Assembly: GCA_964486045.1 (NCBI GenBank) | Contig: CAZALK010000002.1 | Coordinates: forward strand, 224,001-288,000 | Direction of reading: 5' to 3' | From: an uncultured archaeon | GTDB lineage: Archaea; Asgardarchaeota; Lokiarchaeia; Sigyniarchaeales; SOKP01 | DNA: 64,000 nt | Shown here: piece by piece, positions 21,807 to 31,646 of the stretch | How the letters are laid out: each line of letters starts with the position of its first letter | How positions within the stretch are numbered: the first letter of the stretch is position 1 | Made by a program: the position numbers and the translations under genes | The notes under the pieces: model-generated | What the model saw: the letters and a program-made list of their open reading frames with translations, nothing else | What the model was told of the DNA's origin: nothing | The model's database searches: none

Positions 21807-23096
21807 TTGGCACAAAAAAATATTTATGAATATGATGCTAAAAAACTATTAGCAGCTGAAATACCAAAGTATTATCCTGACTTTAAATATCATAATAAAT
21901 TAGTGGTAGTAGAATGTGATACCGATTTAGAACAATTAATTAAGGAAAACCCATGGATTGATTCGGAAAAGGTTGTAGTTAAGCCTGATCAACTGTTCGG
22001 GAAAAGAGGAAAAGCCAATTTATTATTACTCAATGCAAATTGTGATGAAATGAAAGAATTTTGTGTTGATAACTTAGATAAGGTTTGCGAAATTGGTAAT
22101 GTGAAAGGAGAATTAAAACGCCTTCTTGTTGAACCTTTTATTCCTCATGAAAGAGAGTATTATGTGTCGATAACTTCTGATAGAGAAAATGATATAATTC
22201 ACTTTAGTTTTGAGGGCGGGATATTTGTTGAAGAGAATTGGGATAAAGTGATTCACATACCCGTTCCTCTTGGAACTGATATTGAATCTTTTGACTTAAA
22301 AAGTATGTTGCCCGATCTCGGAGATTTACAAGATGTTTTAGAACCTTTCATAAAAGCTCTTTTTCAAGTTTTTGTTGATCAAGATTTTACCTTTCTTGAA
22401 ATTAATCCATTCGCGATCACTGAAAAAAAGGAAATTGTCCCCTTGGATGTAAAAGCTCGATTAGATGACACGGCTTTATTTTTACATTCAAATACTTGGG
22501 GGGATCCTCTAAATCCCATAGAATTTCCTGCAGGTTTTGGACAAATAATGTCGGAAGAAGAGACTATGATTCATGAGCTTGATGAAAAGACTGGGGCATC
22601 ACTTAAATTTACAATTTTAAATCGAGAAGGTCGTGTCTGGACCATGGTTGCTGGTGGTGGTGCCTCCGTAATTTATACTGATACTGTAGTTGATCTTGGA
22701 TTTGGAAATGAATTAGGTAATTATGGTGAATATAGTGGAAACCCCTCACGAGAACACACCGAAATTTATGCTCAAACAATTATAAATCTAATAACAGCCG
22801 AACCAGATCCAAAAGGAAAACCAAAATATCTTATAATTGGTGGAGGAATCGCAAATTTCACTGATGTTAAAGCAACATTTACAGGGATTGTCAGCGCTAT
22901 AAAAAAATCTGTTGATCAATTGAAAAAGGCTAAAGTAAAAATTTTCGTTCGTCGGGGTGGTCCTAATGAAAAACAAGGATTAGAGCTTATGAAGCAAGTT
23001 GGTGAAGAAACTGGGATCCCAATTGAAGTTTATGATAGATATACACACATGACAAGAGTAGTTGAATTAATTAAAAAAGCAGAAGAAAGTACCTAA
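21807..23096 (+). CDS. aclB: ATP-citrate lyase, ATP-grasp/citrate-binding subunit
   Basis: VVKPDQLFGKRGK, LEINP, GRVWTMVAGGGAS, NYGEYSGNP, GGGIANFT, VRRGGPN. Confidence 0.93.
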   Translation: MAQKNIYEYDAKKLLAAEIPKYYPDFKYHNKLVVVECDTDLEQLIKENPWIDSEKVVVKPDQLFGKRGKANLLLLNANCDEMKEFCVDNLDKVCEIGNVKGELKRLLVEPFIPHEREYYVSITSDRENDIIHFSFEGGIFVEENWDKVIHIPVPLGTDIESFDLKSMLPDLGDLQDVLEPFIKALFQVFVDQDFTFLEINPFAITEKKEIVPLDVKARLDDTALFLHSNTWGDPLNPIEFPAGFGQIMSEEETMIHELDEKTGASLKFTILNREGRVWTMVAGGGASVIYTDTVVDLGFGNELGNYGEYSGNPSREHTEIYAQTIINLITAEPDPKGKPKYLIIGGGIANFTDVKATFTGIVSAIKKSVDQLKKAKVKIFVRRGGPNEKQGLELMKQVGEETGIPIEVYDRYTHMTRVVELIKKAEEST

Positions 23097-23107
23097 AGAA
23101 GGTTAAG

Positions 23108-24946
23108 ATGATGAACGACTATGATCTGTTTGATAGGAATACTCAAGCTTTAATATATGGCTTTCAGGCAAGAGCAATTCAAAGAATGTTGGATTTTGAT
23201 TTTGTTTGTAAGAGAGAAAAACCTTCAGTCGCAGGTGTAATACGTCCTACTCAATCCGCTGCTGTTGCCTATCATAAAACATTCTGGGGATCTAATGAAA
23301 TTGTTGTCCCTATCTATAAGACTTTACAATTAGCATTTAAAAACCATCCTAAGGCGGATGTCATAGTTAATTTTGCGTCTTTTCGATCCGCATATCCTAC
23401 AAGTAAAGAAGCACTTGAATCTGACACAATTCAAACTGTGGCAATTATAGCAGAAGGAATGCCAGAAAAACAGACTAGACATTTAATTAAAATTGCGAAC
23501 GAGAGAAATAAAGTTATAATTGGACCAGCTACTGTAGGAGGGATTAAGGCAGGTTCTTTTAAAATAGGAAATACTGCGGGAACTATTGAAAATATAATTT
23601 TATCCAAATTGTATAGACCCGGATCTGTTGGATTTGTTTCTAAGTCTGGTGGATTGTCAAATGAAATGAATTTCATGATCTCCCAAACTACTGATGGAAT
23701 TTATGAAGGAATTGCTATAGGCGGAGATAGATTTCCTGGTTCTCAATTAATTGATCATTTATTACGCTATGAAGCTAATCCTAATATTAAAATGTTAGTA
23801 GCTTTGGGTGAAATTGGTGGAAAAGATGAATACGCTATTGTAGATGCTATAAAATCAGGAAAAATCACAAAATCACTGGTTATTTGGGTTGCTGGGACAG
23901 GAGCCCGCATTTTACCAGCAGGTTTGCAGTTTGGGCACGCAGGCGCTATGGCTGGAAGCGATATGGAAACCGCCGAAGCAAAAAACAAAGCTTTAAGAGA
24001 AGTAGGTGCGATAGTTCCTGACTCATATGAAGATTTAGATAAATTAATAAGATCAACCTTTGATAAATTAGTAAATGAGGGTGTTATTAAACCTGCTGAA
24101 GAGTTTGATCCGCCGAAAGTACCTATAGATTTTAATGATGCAACTAGATTAGGATTAGTAAGAAGACCTGCCGATGTCGTTGTAACTATTAGCGATGACA
24201 GAGGAGAAATCGTAACATTCAATCAAGTACCATTAGATAAAATAATTCGAGAGAATAAATCATTAGGTTATGTAATCGGATTACTTTGGTTTAAACGAGA
24301 ATTACCAGAATTCGCACAACAATATATAGAATTCGTAATTAAATTAACAGCAGATCACGGTCCAGCGGTTTCAGGAGCACACAATGCCATTGTGACTGCT
24401 AGGGCAGGCAAAGATTTAATGTCAGCTTTAGCAAGTGGAATTTTAACAATAGGACCACGATTTGGGGGTGCAGTATCGGACGCTGCGAAATATTTCCGTG
24501 AAGCTATGCAAAAAAAAATGAAGCCAGTAGAGTTCGTAGACCACATGAAACAAGTAGTTAAAATTAATATCCCAGGGATAGGCCATAGAGTTAAATCAGT
24601 TCAAAATCCTGATATGCGAGTGGTTTTGTTAAAAGAATTTATTCTTAAGAATTTCCCTAAACATCCTCACTTAGATTACGCTTTAGAAGTTGAGAAAGTT
24701 ACCACTTCAAAAAGAAACAACCTAATCTTAAATGTTGATGGTTGTATCGGTATCACCTTTTTAGATTTATTGGAAAATTTAGATTATAGTTTAGAAGAGA
24801 TCGAAGATGTTATTTATAGCGAAGCTTTGAATGGTCTATTCGTCTTGGGAAGAACGATTGGGATGATGGGACATATTTTTGACCAAAAAAGACAAAGGGC
24901 TGGATTATTCCGTCAACCTTATGATGAAATTTTATTTACAGAATAA
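23108..24946 (+). CDS. aclA: ATP-citrate lyase, CoA-binding + citryl-CoA lyase subunit
   Basis: QRMLDFD, NFASFRSA, GPATVGG, QFGHAGA, ADHGPAVSGAHN, GIGHRVKS, ILNVDG. Confidence 0.94.
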   Translation: MMNDYDLFDRNTQALIYGFQARAIQRMLDFDFVCKREKPSVAGVIRPTQSAAVAYHKTFWGSNEIVVPIYKTLQLAFKNHPKADVIVNFASFRSAYPTSKEALESDTIQTVAIIAEGMPEKQTRHLIKIANERNKVIIGPATVGGIKAGSFKIGNTAGTIENIILSKLYRPGSVGFVSKSGGLSNEMNFMISQTTDGIYEGIAIGGDRFPGSQLIDHLLRYEANPNIKMLVALGEIGGKDEYAIVDAIKSGKITKSLVIWVAGTGARILPAGLQFGHAGAMAGSDMETAEAKNKALREVGAIVPDSYEDLDKLIRSTFDKLVNEGVIKPAEEFDPPKVPIDFNDATRLGLVRRPADVVVTISDDRGEIVTFNQVPLDKIIRENKSLGYVIGLLWFKRELPEFAQQYIEFVIKLTADHGPAVSGAHNAIVTARAGKDLMSALASGILTIGPRFGGAVSDAAKYFREAMQKKMKPVEFVDHMKQVVKINIPGIGHRVKSVQNPDMRVVLLKEFILKNFPKHPHLDYALEVEKVTTSKRNNLILNVDGCIGITFLDLLENLDYSLEEIEDVIYSEALNGLFVLGRTIGMMGHIFDQKRQRAGLFRQPYDEILFTE

Positions 24947-25023
24947 CTTAAATTTTTATAATTTAATAAGATAGAAGTTTTAGATTTTAATACAAACTAA
25001 TACAAAAATTAAGGCAAATTAAA

Positions 25024-26214
25024 ATGAATGAAATTGTTGAAAATGCAAAAAATCATTTTGAAAAATTAGTTACGGAACAGTTGGAACGCGTTGAACGTAT
25101 GAAAAGCGCAGGAGATTGGATAGATTACTCCAGTTTAAAACCCATCATTATTGGATTCGTTGGGGGTGATGGTATAGGGCCTTTTATTACGAAACACGCA
25201 CAAGCAATATTAGAGTATTTATTAAAGGATGAGATAGATAGTGGAAGAGTAGAATTTAGAGTAATAGAAGGGTTAACAATAGAGAATCGAGCAAAAGTAA
25301 TGAAAGCTATACCGGATGATGTCTTAGTAGAAATCAAGAAATGTCATGTCCTGCTCAAGGGGCCTACGACTACACCCAGAAAGGGAGATAAATGGCCTAA
25401 TATCGAAAGTGCTAATGTAACGATGAGACGTGAATTAGATTTATTTGCGAATGTTCGACCAGTAAAAGTTCCAGAATTAGGAATTGATTGGATGTTCTTC
25501 AGAGAAAACACTGAAGGAGCTTACGTATTAGGATCTCAAGGGATTAATATTACGGATGATCTAGCAATCGACTTTAAAGTAATTACCACTCAAGGATCAG
25601 ACCGAATTATACGCTTAGCTTTCGATTATGCCGCAAAAAACAAGATTAATCGATTGTCAGTGGTAACTAAAGCTAATATAGTCAAAGCTACGGACGGAAA
25701 ATTCCTTTCTATGGCAGCCGAAATAGCTAAAGAATACCCCCAAGTAAAATGGGATGATTGGTACATAGATATTGCAACCGCAAAACTAGTTGACCCTGCG
25801 CGTCAGAGCGATTTTAAGGTATTTGTCGCTCCAAACCTTTATGGGGATATAATTACTGATGAAGCTGCACAAATTCAAGGCGGAGTGGGAACTGCGGGGA
25901 GTGCGAATATTGGCAAACGATATTCTATGTTTGAAGCAATTCATGGATCTGCTCCAAGAATGGTGGAAGAAGGAAGGGCAAAATATGCCGATCCATCAAG
26001 CATCATTAAAGCTGCGGCATTACTTATGAACCACATAGGATTCACGGAAAAAGCTAAAAAACTTGAGATGGCACTCGATATTTGTGCGCAATATGAAAAG
26101 AAAGTAGTTCTAACTGGGAGAGACACTGGAGCGACTGGTGAAGAATATGCTAAGTATTTAATGGAGACACTCCAAGATCCAGACCTTGAAGGAAAATGGA
26201 AAGGATATCAATAA
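25024..26214 (+). CDS. icd: Isocitrate/isopropylmalate dehydrogenase family; probable isocitrate dehydrogenase
   Basis: GDGIGP, KGPTTTP, SANVTMRRELDLFANVRP, RENTEG, NLYGD, FEAIHGSAP; follows aclBA. Confidence 0.8.
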   Translation: MNEIVENAKNHFEKLVTEQLERVERMKSAGDWIDYSSLKPIIIGFVGGDGIGPFITKHAQAILEYLLKDEIDSGRVEFRVIEGLTIENRAKVMKAIPDDVLVEIKKCHVLLKGPTTTPRKGDKWPNIESANVTMRRELDLFANVRPVKVPELGIDWMFFRENTEGAYVLGSQGINITDDLAIDFKVITTQGSDRIIRLAFDYAAKNKINRLSVVTKANIVKATDGKFLSMAAEIAKEYPQVKWDDWYIDIATAKLVDPARQSDFKVFVAPNLYGDIITDEAAQIQGGVGTAGSANIGKRYSMFEAIHGSAPRMVEEGRAKYADPSSIIKAAALLMNHIGFTEKAKKLEMALDICAQYEKKVVLTGRDTGATGEEYAKYLMETLQDPDLEGKWKGYQ

Positions 26215-26617
26215 ATATCTAAGTAAATTCCAATATTTTTTTAATTACTATTTTTCTCATTTTAGTAGATTTTAGTGAGTTTTATTCTATTATTCTCATT
26301 TGATGATTTATAATGGATACTAAAATTATTCTAATTTGGGAATCTTTTCTTTTAATATTTATTCCAGACTATAGAATATATTAAAAACATGGATTATATA
26401 TCCGGAAATGTGGATTTTAGGAGGTTAAACTTAAAAGAATTTCAGCTATTAATTTAAAAGAAAAATAAATAATAAGTCTGCTGAGTTCTAAGAATATAGA
26501 TATATTTAAGGATAAATATAAATATCATTATTACTTCTACTAATACAGACAGAGAAAAAATTTGAGATCCTTAAAATCTTAAAGTTTTAGATTTGTTTTT
26601 AAACCATATCTCATGTA

Positions 26618-26648
26618 TCATTGTCGTTTTTAATTATTTCGACAATGA
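26618..26648. promoter_or_regulatory. Inverted repeat TCATTGTCG-N13-CGACAATGA
   Basis: Perfect 9-bp arms in a long intergenic region; role unknown. Confidence 0.35.
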
Positions 26649-26833
26649 AAGTGACAAATATTTTATAGCTATTTAAACCGTGATTCCTTAAAATTGAAGA
26701 TATTATGAGATTAGAAAAAGGATAATCACTCAAAACAACAATAAACTATCAGGGTAATAGAGTAATTTTTCTAAAAATTAACCCTTCATTTCTCTATTCA
26801 CCTAAACTAAAATTAAAAAAAGGTTTAAAATAA

Positions 26834-27739
26834 ATGACAATACATAAAGAAAGTAAATCTAATATTTTGATAAATTATCCTTTCTCATTATTAGATATAG
26901 ACGGTTTAACGGAAACATGGCAGAAAATATATAATCCTTACATTGATTTAATCGAGAGTAAAATCGTTATGTCAAAAAATGATTCTTTCAGTACTGTTAG
27001 AAATCATAATTTTGCTTTTAATAATTCATTTCAGCAAAGAATAGCTGATTTAATTATTAGTGAACTTGAAGAACAGATTTCTAATCCAGTTTCTAAGAGT
27101 AGAAACAATAATTTGAATAAACCAAGGGAAAAAATCGAAGATCAATATTCTAATGATGTAGAACAAGAAAATTATAACCTGAAAATTACCTTTGTTTTTG
27201 CTAATAAGAAAATACAGCCGTTAAAATTAATGCAGATGCTTAAACTAACAGATGAAGTAAAGAAATACACTCGATTGCTACATAAAAAAGAGCTTAAACA
27301 ATATTCTAAGATAATTCCACAGATTGTTTTTATATCACTTTTTGGTTTTGAAACTTCAATAGGAGATTATCTAAGAAATAATCTTCATGGAGAATCAAAT
27401 AGTAATATATCAATCTTGGTTGTTCCTCCTATTGATAATAAGTTATGGAATAATTATCTTGTGGAGAATTCAATAGAAGGTAATACTAACTATGAAAAAT
27501 ATAAATGGGGTTTAAGCTTCGATGAGTATAAAAATTTGAAGAATAATGGTGCAATTAATAAATACCAAATAAGCAAAATGGAAAACTATTATAATGATTT
27601 AAAGGAATCTAAAGCACTCTCAGAATATAATTATAAACAGTTAGTTTTTTGGTCAGATGTCTTGAACATTGAAAATTCTTCTACACTATTAGATATAAGT
27701 AATTCAAGAAAGATGATAAAAGGCCTAGTAAATGAGTAA
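26834..27739 (+). CDS. Hypothetical protein (Asn/Lys-rich)
   Basis: 301-codon ORF in very AT-rich DNA; no confident family. Confidence 0.6.
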   Translation: MTIHKESKSNILINYPFSLLDIDGLTETWQKIYNPYIDLIESKIVMSKNDSFSTVRNHNFAFNNSFQQRIADLIISELEEQISNPVSKSRNNNLNKPREKIEDQYSNDVEQENYNLKITFVFANKKIQPLKLMQMLKLTDEVKKYTRLLHKKELKQYSKIIPQIVFISLFGFETSIGDYLRNNLHGESNSNISILVVPPIDNKLWNNYLVENSIEGNTNYEKYKWGLSFDEYKNLKNNGAINKYQISKMENYYNDLKESKALSEYNYKQLVFWSDVLNIENSSTLLDISNSRKMIKGLVNE

Positions 27740-27768
27740 TTTATAGACTAATAATTTTTTATTTTGTC

Positions 27769-27933
27769 TTACATCTTTTTTATTTTTAAAGAATCTTCAT
27801 TATTCAATAATAGCCGCTTCTTGTTTTGTTTCAGAAAAAAGTCCGTTTCTTCATTCATATTTTCTTTACTAAATTGATTTTGACACACCCAACACTTATT
27901 TTCCACTGAACATACTGAATTGAAATAGTTATT
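27769..27933 (-). pseudogene. Remnant of a C-terminal Cys finger (ENxCWVC)
   Basis: Start-less frame ...SVCSVENKCWVCQNQFSKE...; resembles C-terminal fingers I recall from Lokiarchaeia proteins. Confidence 0.4.
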
Positions 27934-28180
27934 TCACACCAAAAAATTCATTTAACAGAAATAAAAGAAAAAAATATAACATTTAATGAAGGTGTGTTTT
28001 CAATAAAGTTAATCTTTATAGAGGCTTTGGTAAAAGTACGGACAATGGAAATTTAATATGATTTTAATTGTATTCTAAACAAAATTTTGGATATCATCAA
28101 AGCTTTAGACGCATCCAGTCCTAGTATGTTCCGAAAAGGCCATTTAGAGAGTTAATTGCATTTTTAAGAAATTTCCAATT

Positions 28181-28738
28181 TCATCTACGTAGCTTTAATA
28201 CTATTTTTTTTTGGCTTGAAATTTTATCCAGAATTTTGTGGAGTGTTTTTGATCTATCTTTGATGTCCAAACCTATAGAATTCTCCTTTGCTTTTGTTAT
28301 AGCTTCTTTTAATGTTTTAATATCTAAGGTAGTAGCAGCAACACAATAATAACTTTTCGAGCGTCCTTCATTAAAATTGAGTAAGAGATCTCTGAGAATT
28401 TCTTCTCGTATATCTTGTAATCTTTTAAATTCTTCAATTCCATTTTCATTTATAAATAAAATGTCATCTTCAAGCTTTTGATAACAACATTTAACCGAAT
28501 CAAATTCCTTTGCACTTAATCTGCGTCTATTCCATTTATCACAGTTGGGACTATCATTACACTCCCAACAAAATTCAACTTTCCTTTTCTTAATTGCACA
28601 TGTTATGAATGGGCAGCTTTTTTTCATCCTCACCTCGCTTTTACATCCCTCACATTTACCCTTACTTTTCAAGTGATACATTGAGCATAATTGGCAAGGA
28701 AGACCACATATTCCGATAGATCTATATTTGATTTCCAT
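28181..28738 (-). CDS. DUF3795-type Cys-rich protein
   Basis: CGLPCQLC, CEGC, SCPFITC, FCWEC. Confidence 0.75.
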   Translation of the reverse strand: MEIKYRSIGICGLPCQLCSMYHLKSKGKCEGCKSEVRMKKSCPFITCAIKKRKVEFCWECNDSPNCDKWNRRRLSAKEFDSVKCCYQKLEDDILFINENGIEEFKRLQDIREEILRDLLLNFNEGRSKSYYCVAATTLDIKTLKEAITKAKENSIGLDIKDRSKTLHKILDKISSQKKIVLKLRR

Positions 28739-28871
28739 AAATAAATCTCCTTCAATTTAATATAATTAATTTCTAAAATATATTTTCTTGGATACAGGTT
28801 TTTATGTTGGATTATGTCATTTAAAAGATTAATATGCAAAAAAATGTTGACGATCTCTTGATATTACTTAG

Positions 28872-29066
28872 TCAATCCTTTTTTCAAAAATAGAACTAAA
28901 TCGTTGTAGGTTTGATAATTATGAAAATTTATGGGATGTTCCAACACGGTCTCATCATTTCAATCCAAAAAATAAAAAGAAGACGATTCCAAGCAAGATG
29001 ACGTTAGTTCCCAATGCAGACATGTTGTTACTTCGTAGTTTTTTTAAATCAAGCAAATTAAATTAG
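28872..29066 (+). pseudogene. DUF6516/TumE-like gene remnant
   Basis: Start-less frame after TAG: SILFSKIELNRCRFDNYENLWDVPTRSHHFNP...; RxDN...HHxH-like motif. Confidence 0.5.
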
Positions 29067-29099
29067 TGTTTTAAAGCATCAAATATTCTATCTACAATA

Positions 29100-30020
29100 A
29101 TGGGATTAATTAGCTTGGGAAATATAGTAAATTTTATTACTATGGGACCATCATTGTTAAGATCAATCGTAAAAAAGGTTCCATTATATGTGAATTATGA
29201 TTTAACTTGGCAATGCAATTTAAAATGTGAGCATTGCTATTTTTTCTCATCAACAACGGAATTAAAAAGTAAAAGACCAGAATTATCAAACAAGGAATGG
29301 GTTAAGGTTTTTAAATATCAAAGAAAATTAGGAACAAAAATAGCAGTTTTAACCGGTGGAGAGCCTACTTTAAGATTGGATGTTATTAAAGAAGCTATTA
29401 AAATTTTTCCATCAGTTCAGGTTGTATCAAATGGAATTATAAAATTACCTCGATTTAATGGATATAAACAACCAAGATACTGGTTGAGTATTGATGGTAC
29501 AAAGGAAACTCATGAGAAGATAAGAGGTGCGAAAATTTTTGATACAGTCATTCAAAATATTCGGGAAAGCAATCCGGTTGTTACATCAACAATTATGACA
29601 TTAAACCATAAGGAAATTGAAGACGTTGTTAAAATTGCTCACGATAATGGTGCTTCTGGATTGGTTTTTTCATTATACACTGGTTATCCTAACGACCCAC
29701 TTTTATTAAAAGGAAATATATTAAAAAAGACAATTAGAGACATTTTAAAAGTAATGCATGAATATGGAAATTTTATTTGTTATTCAAAAAAAATGTTAGA
29801 ATTATACTTGTCAAAAGCATTTGTACCACATTGCATATTTAAAACTGGTCAAATAAAAAGTTTCTATCCTGATGGAAAACAAAAATTTTGTGTCATGGGA
29901 AATTCTCCACTCTTATGTGCTAATTGCGGTTGTATAGTACCGATTGCGGCTCACGCCTTATTTAAGAAATTTGACTCTGACACAGTTGAAAAAACGAGAA
30001 AATTGTTTAATTTTGCTTAA
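29100..30020 (+). CDS. Radical SAM protein with C-terminal Cys cluster
   Basis: CNLKCEHC, TGGEP, SIDG..HEKIRG, C-terminal C...CANCGC. Confidence 0.88.
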   Translation: MGLISLGNIVNFITMGPSLLRSIVKKVPLYVNYDLTWQCNLKCEHCYFFSSTTELKSKRPELSNKEWVKVFKYQRKLGTKIAVLTGGEPTLRLDVIKEAIKIFPSVQVVSNGIIKLPRFNGYKQPRYWLSIDGTKETHEKIRGAKIFDTVIQNIRESNPVVTSTIMTLNHKEIEDVVKIAHDNGASGLVFSLYTGYPNDPLLLKGNILKKTIRDILKVMHEYGNFICYSKKMLELYLSKAFVPHCIFKTGQIKSFYPDGKQKFCVMGNSPLLCANCGCIVPIAAHALFKKFDSDTVEKTRKLFNFA

Positions 30021-30190
30021 TAAATAAGCACGTCCATCGTATTTCAAATATATTAAATAATCTTTGTTTTCTTTGGGCATAAATGTAGTGGTGGGTTATC
30101 GTTCCCATAATATTTTCAATAAAAATTATAACAAATCCCAAATTTATTATTATAATTGAAAAAAGAATGCTATGAGAAAGGTTTATACTA

Positions 30191-31528
30191 GTGACAAAAA
30201 AGAAAGTAATAATAATTGGCGCATTAGGTTACGATTTCCACTTGTTTAATACAGTATTCAGAGATAACGAGGAATATGAAGTAGTAGCCTTTACAATTGC
30301 AGTTGAACAAAATGTCGGGACAATAGAAGGGGCAGAACGAAGATTTCCCACTGAACTTTCAGGAAAAATCTATCCCGAAGGAATACCTATGATTTCAGAA
30401 GAATTACTTGAAGATATAATTAAAGAAAAAGAAATTGATGAAGTAATATTTGCATATTCAGATGTTTCTCATGACGATGTGATGCATAAAGCGTCGAGAG
30501 CTCTTAGGGCAGGTGCAGATTTTCGCTTAGTCTCTGGAAAATTTACACAAATAAAAGCAAATAAACCTGTCGTAGCAATTTGTGCTGTAAGAACAGGTTG
30601 TGGAAAAAGTCAAGTTTCTAGAGCAACTTATAGATATTTAAAAAGTAAAGGTTATAAAGTAGTTGCTATACGAGAACCTATGCCTTATGGGGATTTAATT
30701 AAACAAAATATAATGAGATTTGAAAAATATGAAGACTTAGATAAACATAATTGCACTATTGAGGAACGAGAGGAATATGAGCCATACATTGAGCAAGGTT
30801 TAATTATCTATTCAGGAATTGATTATGAGAAAATCATTAGAGAAGCTGAGAAAGAAGCAGATATTATTATTTTTGATGGTGGAAATAATGAAATTTCTTT
30901 CTATGTACCTGATTTATTGTTTATAGTTGTAGATCCTTTAAGACCGGGTCATGAAATGAAGTATCATCCAGGTGAAGTCAATGCTCGATATGCTGATGCA
31001 TTTGTAATTAATAAAATGAATAGTGCTAAGCCTGAAGATGTAAAGACTGTAGAAAATAATTTAGATGAACTAAATCCTATGGCTACAAAGATATATACAA
31101 ATTCTATAGTTACAATTGAAGGTAATCATGAAATAAAAGGCAAAAAAGTCATCGTTGTGGAGGATGGTCCCACCCTAACACATGGAAACATGTCTTATGG
31201 GGCAGGATATGTTGCTGCCATTAATAGTGGAGCTATAGTAGTGGATCCAAGACCTTATTTATCAGGTACAATGAAGACTGTCTTTGAAGAATTTCCACAA
31301 ATTACTGAAATTATTCCAGCAATGGGGTATAATGATCAACAAATAAAGGATATGGAAGACACACTAAACAAAGTAGATGCTGAAATTATAATAGATGGAA
31401 GCCCAATAGACCTTGAAAAACTTATAAAGAGTAATAAACCAATTGTCAGAGTTAGCTACGATATCGAAGCTTTAAAGAGTCCAACAATAGAAGAAATTTT
31501 AGATCAATTTATCAAAAAGCATCTTTAA
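30191..31528 (+). CDS. arcE: Arginine synthetase (ArcE; usually annotated GTPase/cDPG-synthetase-like)
   Basis: DFH..N.VFRDN, AYSDVSH, AVRTGCGKSQ, PMPYGDL, CTIEEREEYEP, DGGNN, VEDGPTLTHG, PAMGY match the Thermococcus ArcE as I recall it; arcB/arcC nearby. Confidence 0.82.
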   Translation: MTKKKVIIIGALGYDFHLFNTVFRDNEEYEVVAFTIAVEQNVGTIEGAERRFPTELSGKIYPEGIPMISEELLEDIIKEKEIDEVIFAYSDVSHDDVMHKASRALRAGADFRLVSGKFTQIKANKPVVAICAVRTGCGKSQVSRATYRYLKSKGYKVVAIREPMPYGDLIKQNIMRFEKYEDLDKHNCTIEEREEYEPYIEQGLIIYSGIDYEKIIREAEKEADIIIFDGGNNEISFYVPDLLFIVVDPLRPGHEMKYHPGEVNARYADAFVINKMNSAKPEDVKTVENNLDELNPMATKIYTNSIVTIEGNHEIKGKKVIVVEDGPTLTHGNMSYGAGYVAAINSGAIVVDPRPYLSGTMKTVFEEFPQITEIIPAMGYNDQQIKDMEDTLNKVDAEIIIDGSPIDLEKLIKSNKPIVRVSYDIEALKSPTIEEILDQFIKKHL

Positions 31529-31646
31529 AAGCAATATTATTATAATTATCAGAGGTAGAATTCATAAGAAATGTTTTTCTTTTTACTTAAAAAGATTTCA
31601 TGACAAGTTTTTTTTCACATTCAATATACATACATAAATAGAGTGA

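Noticed and set aside
30191-31528. Annotation as cyclic 2,3-diphosphoglycerate synthetase or generic GTPase
   Set aside because: Motifs and the arcB/arcC/rocD context favour arginine synthetase
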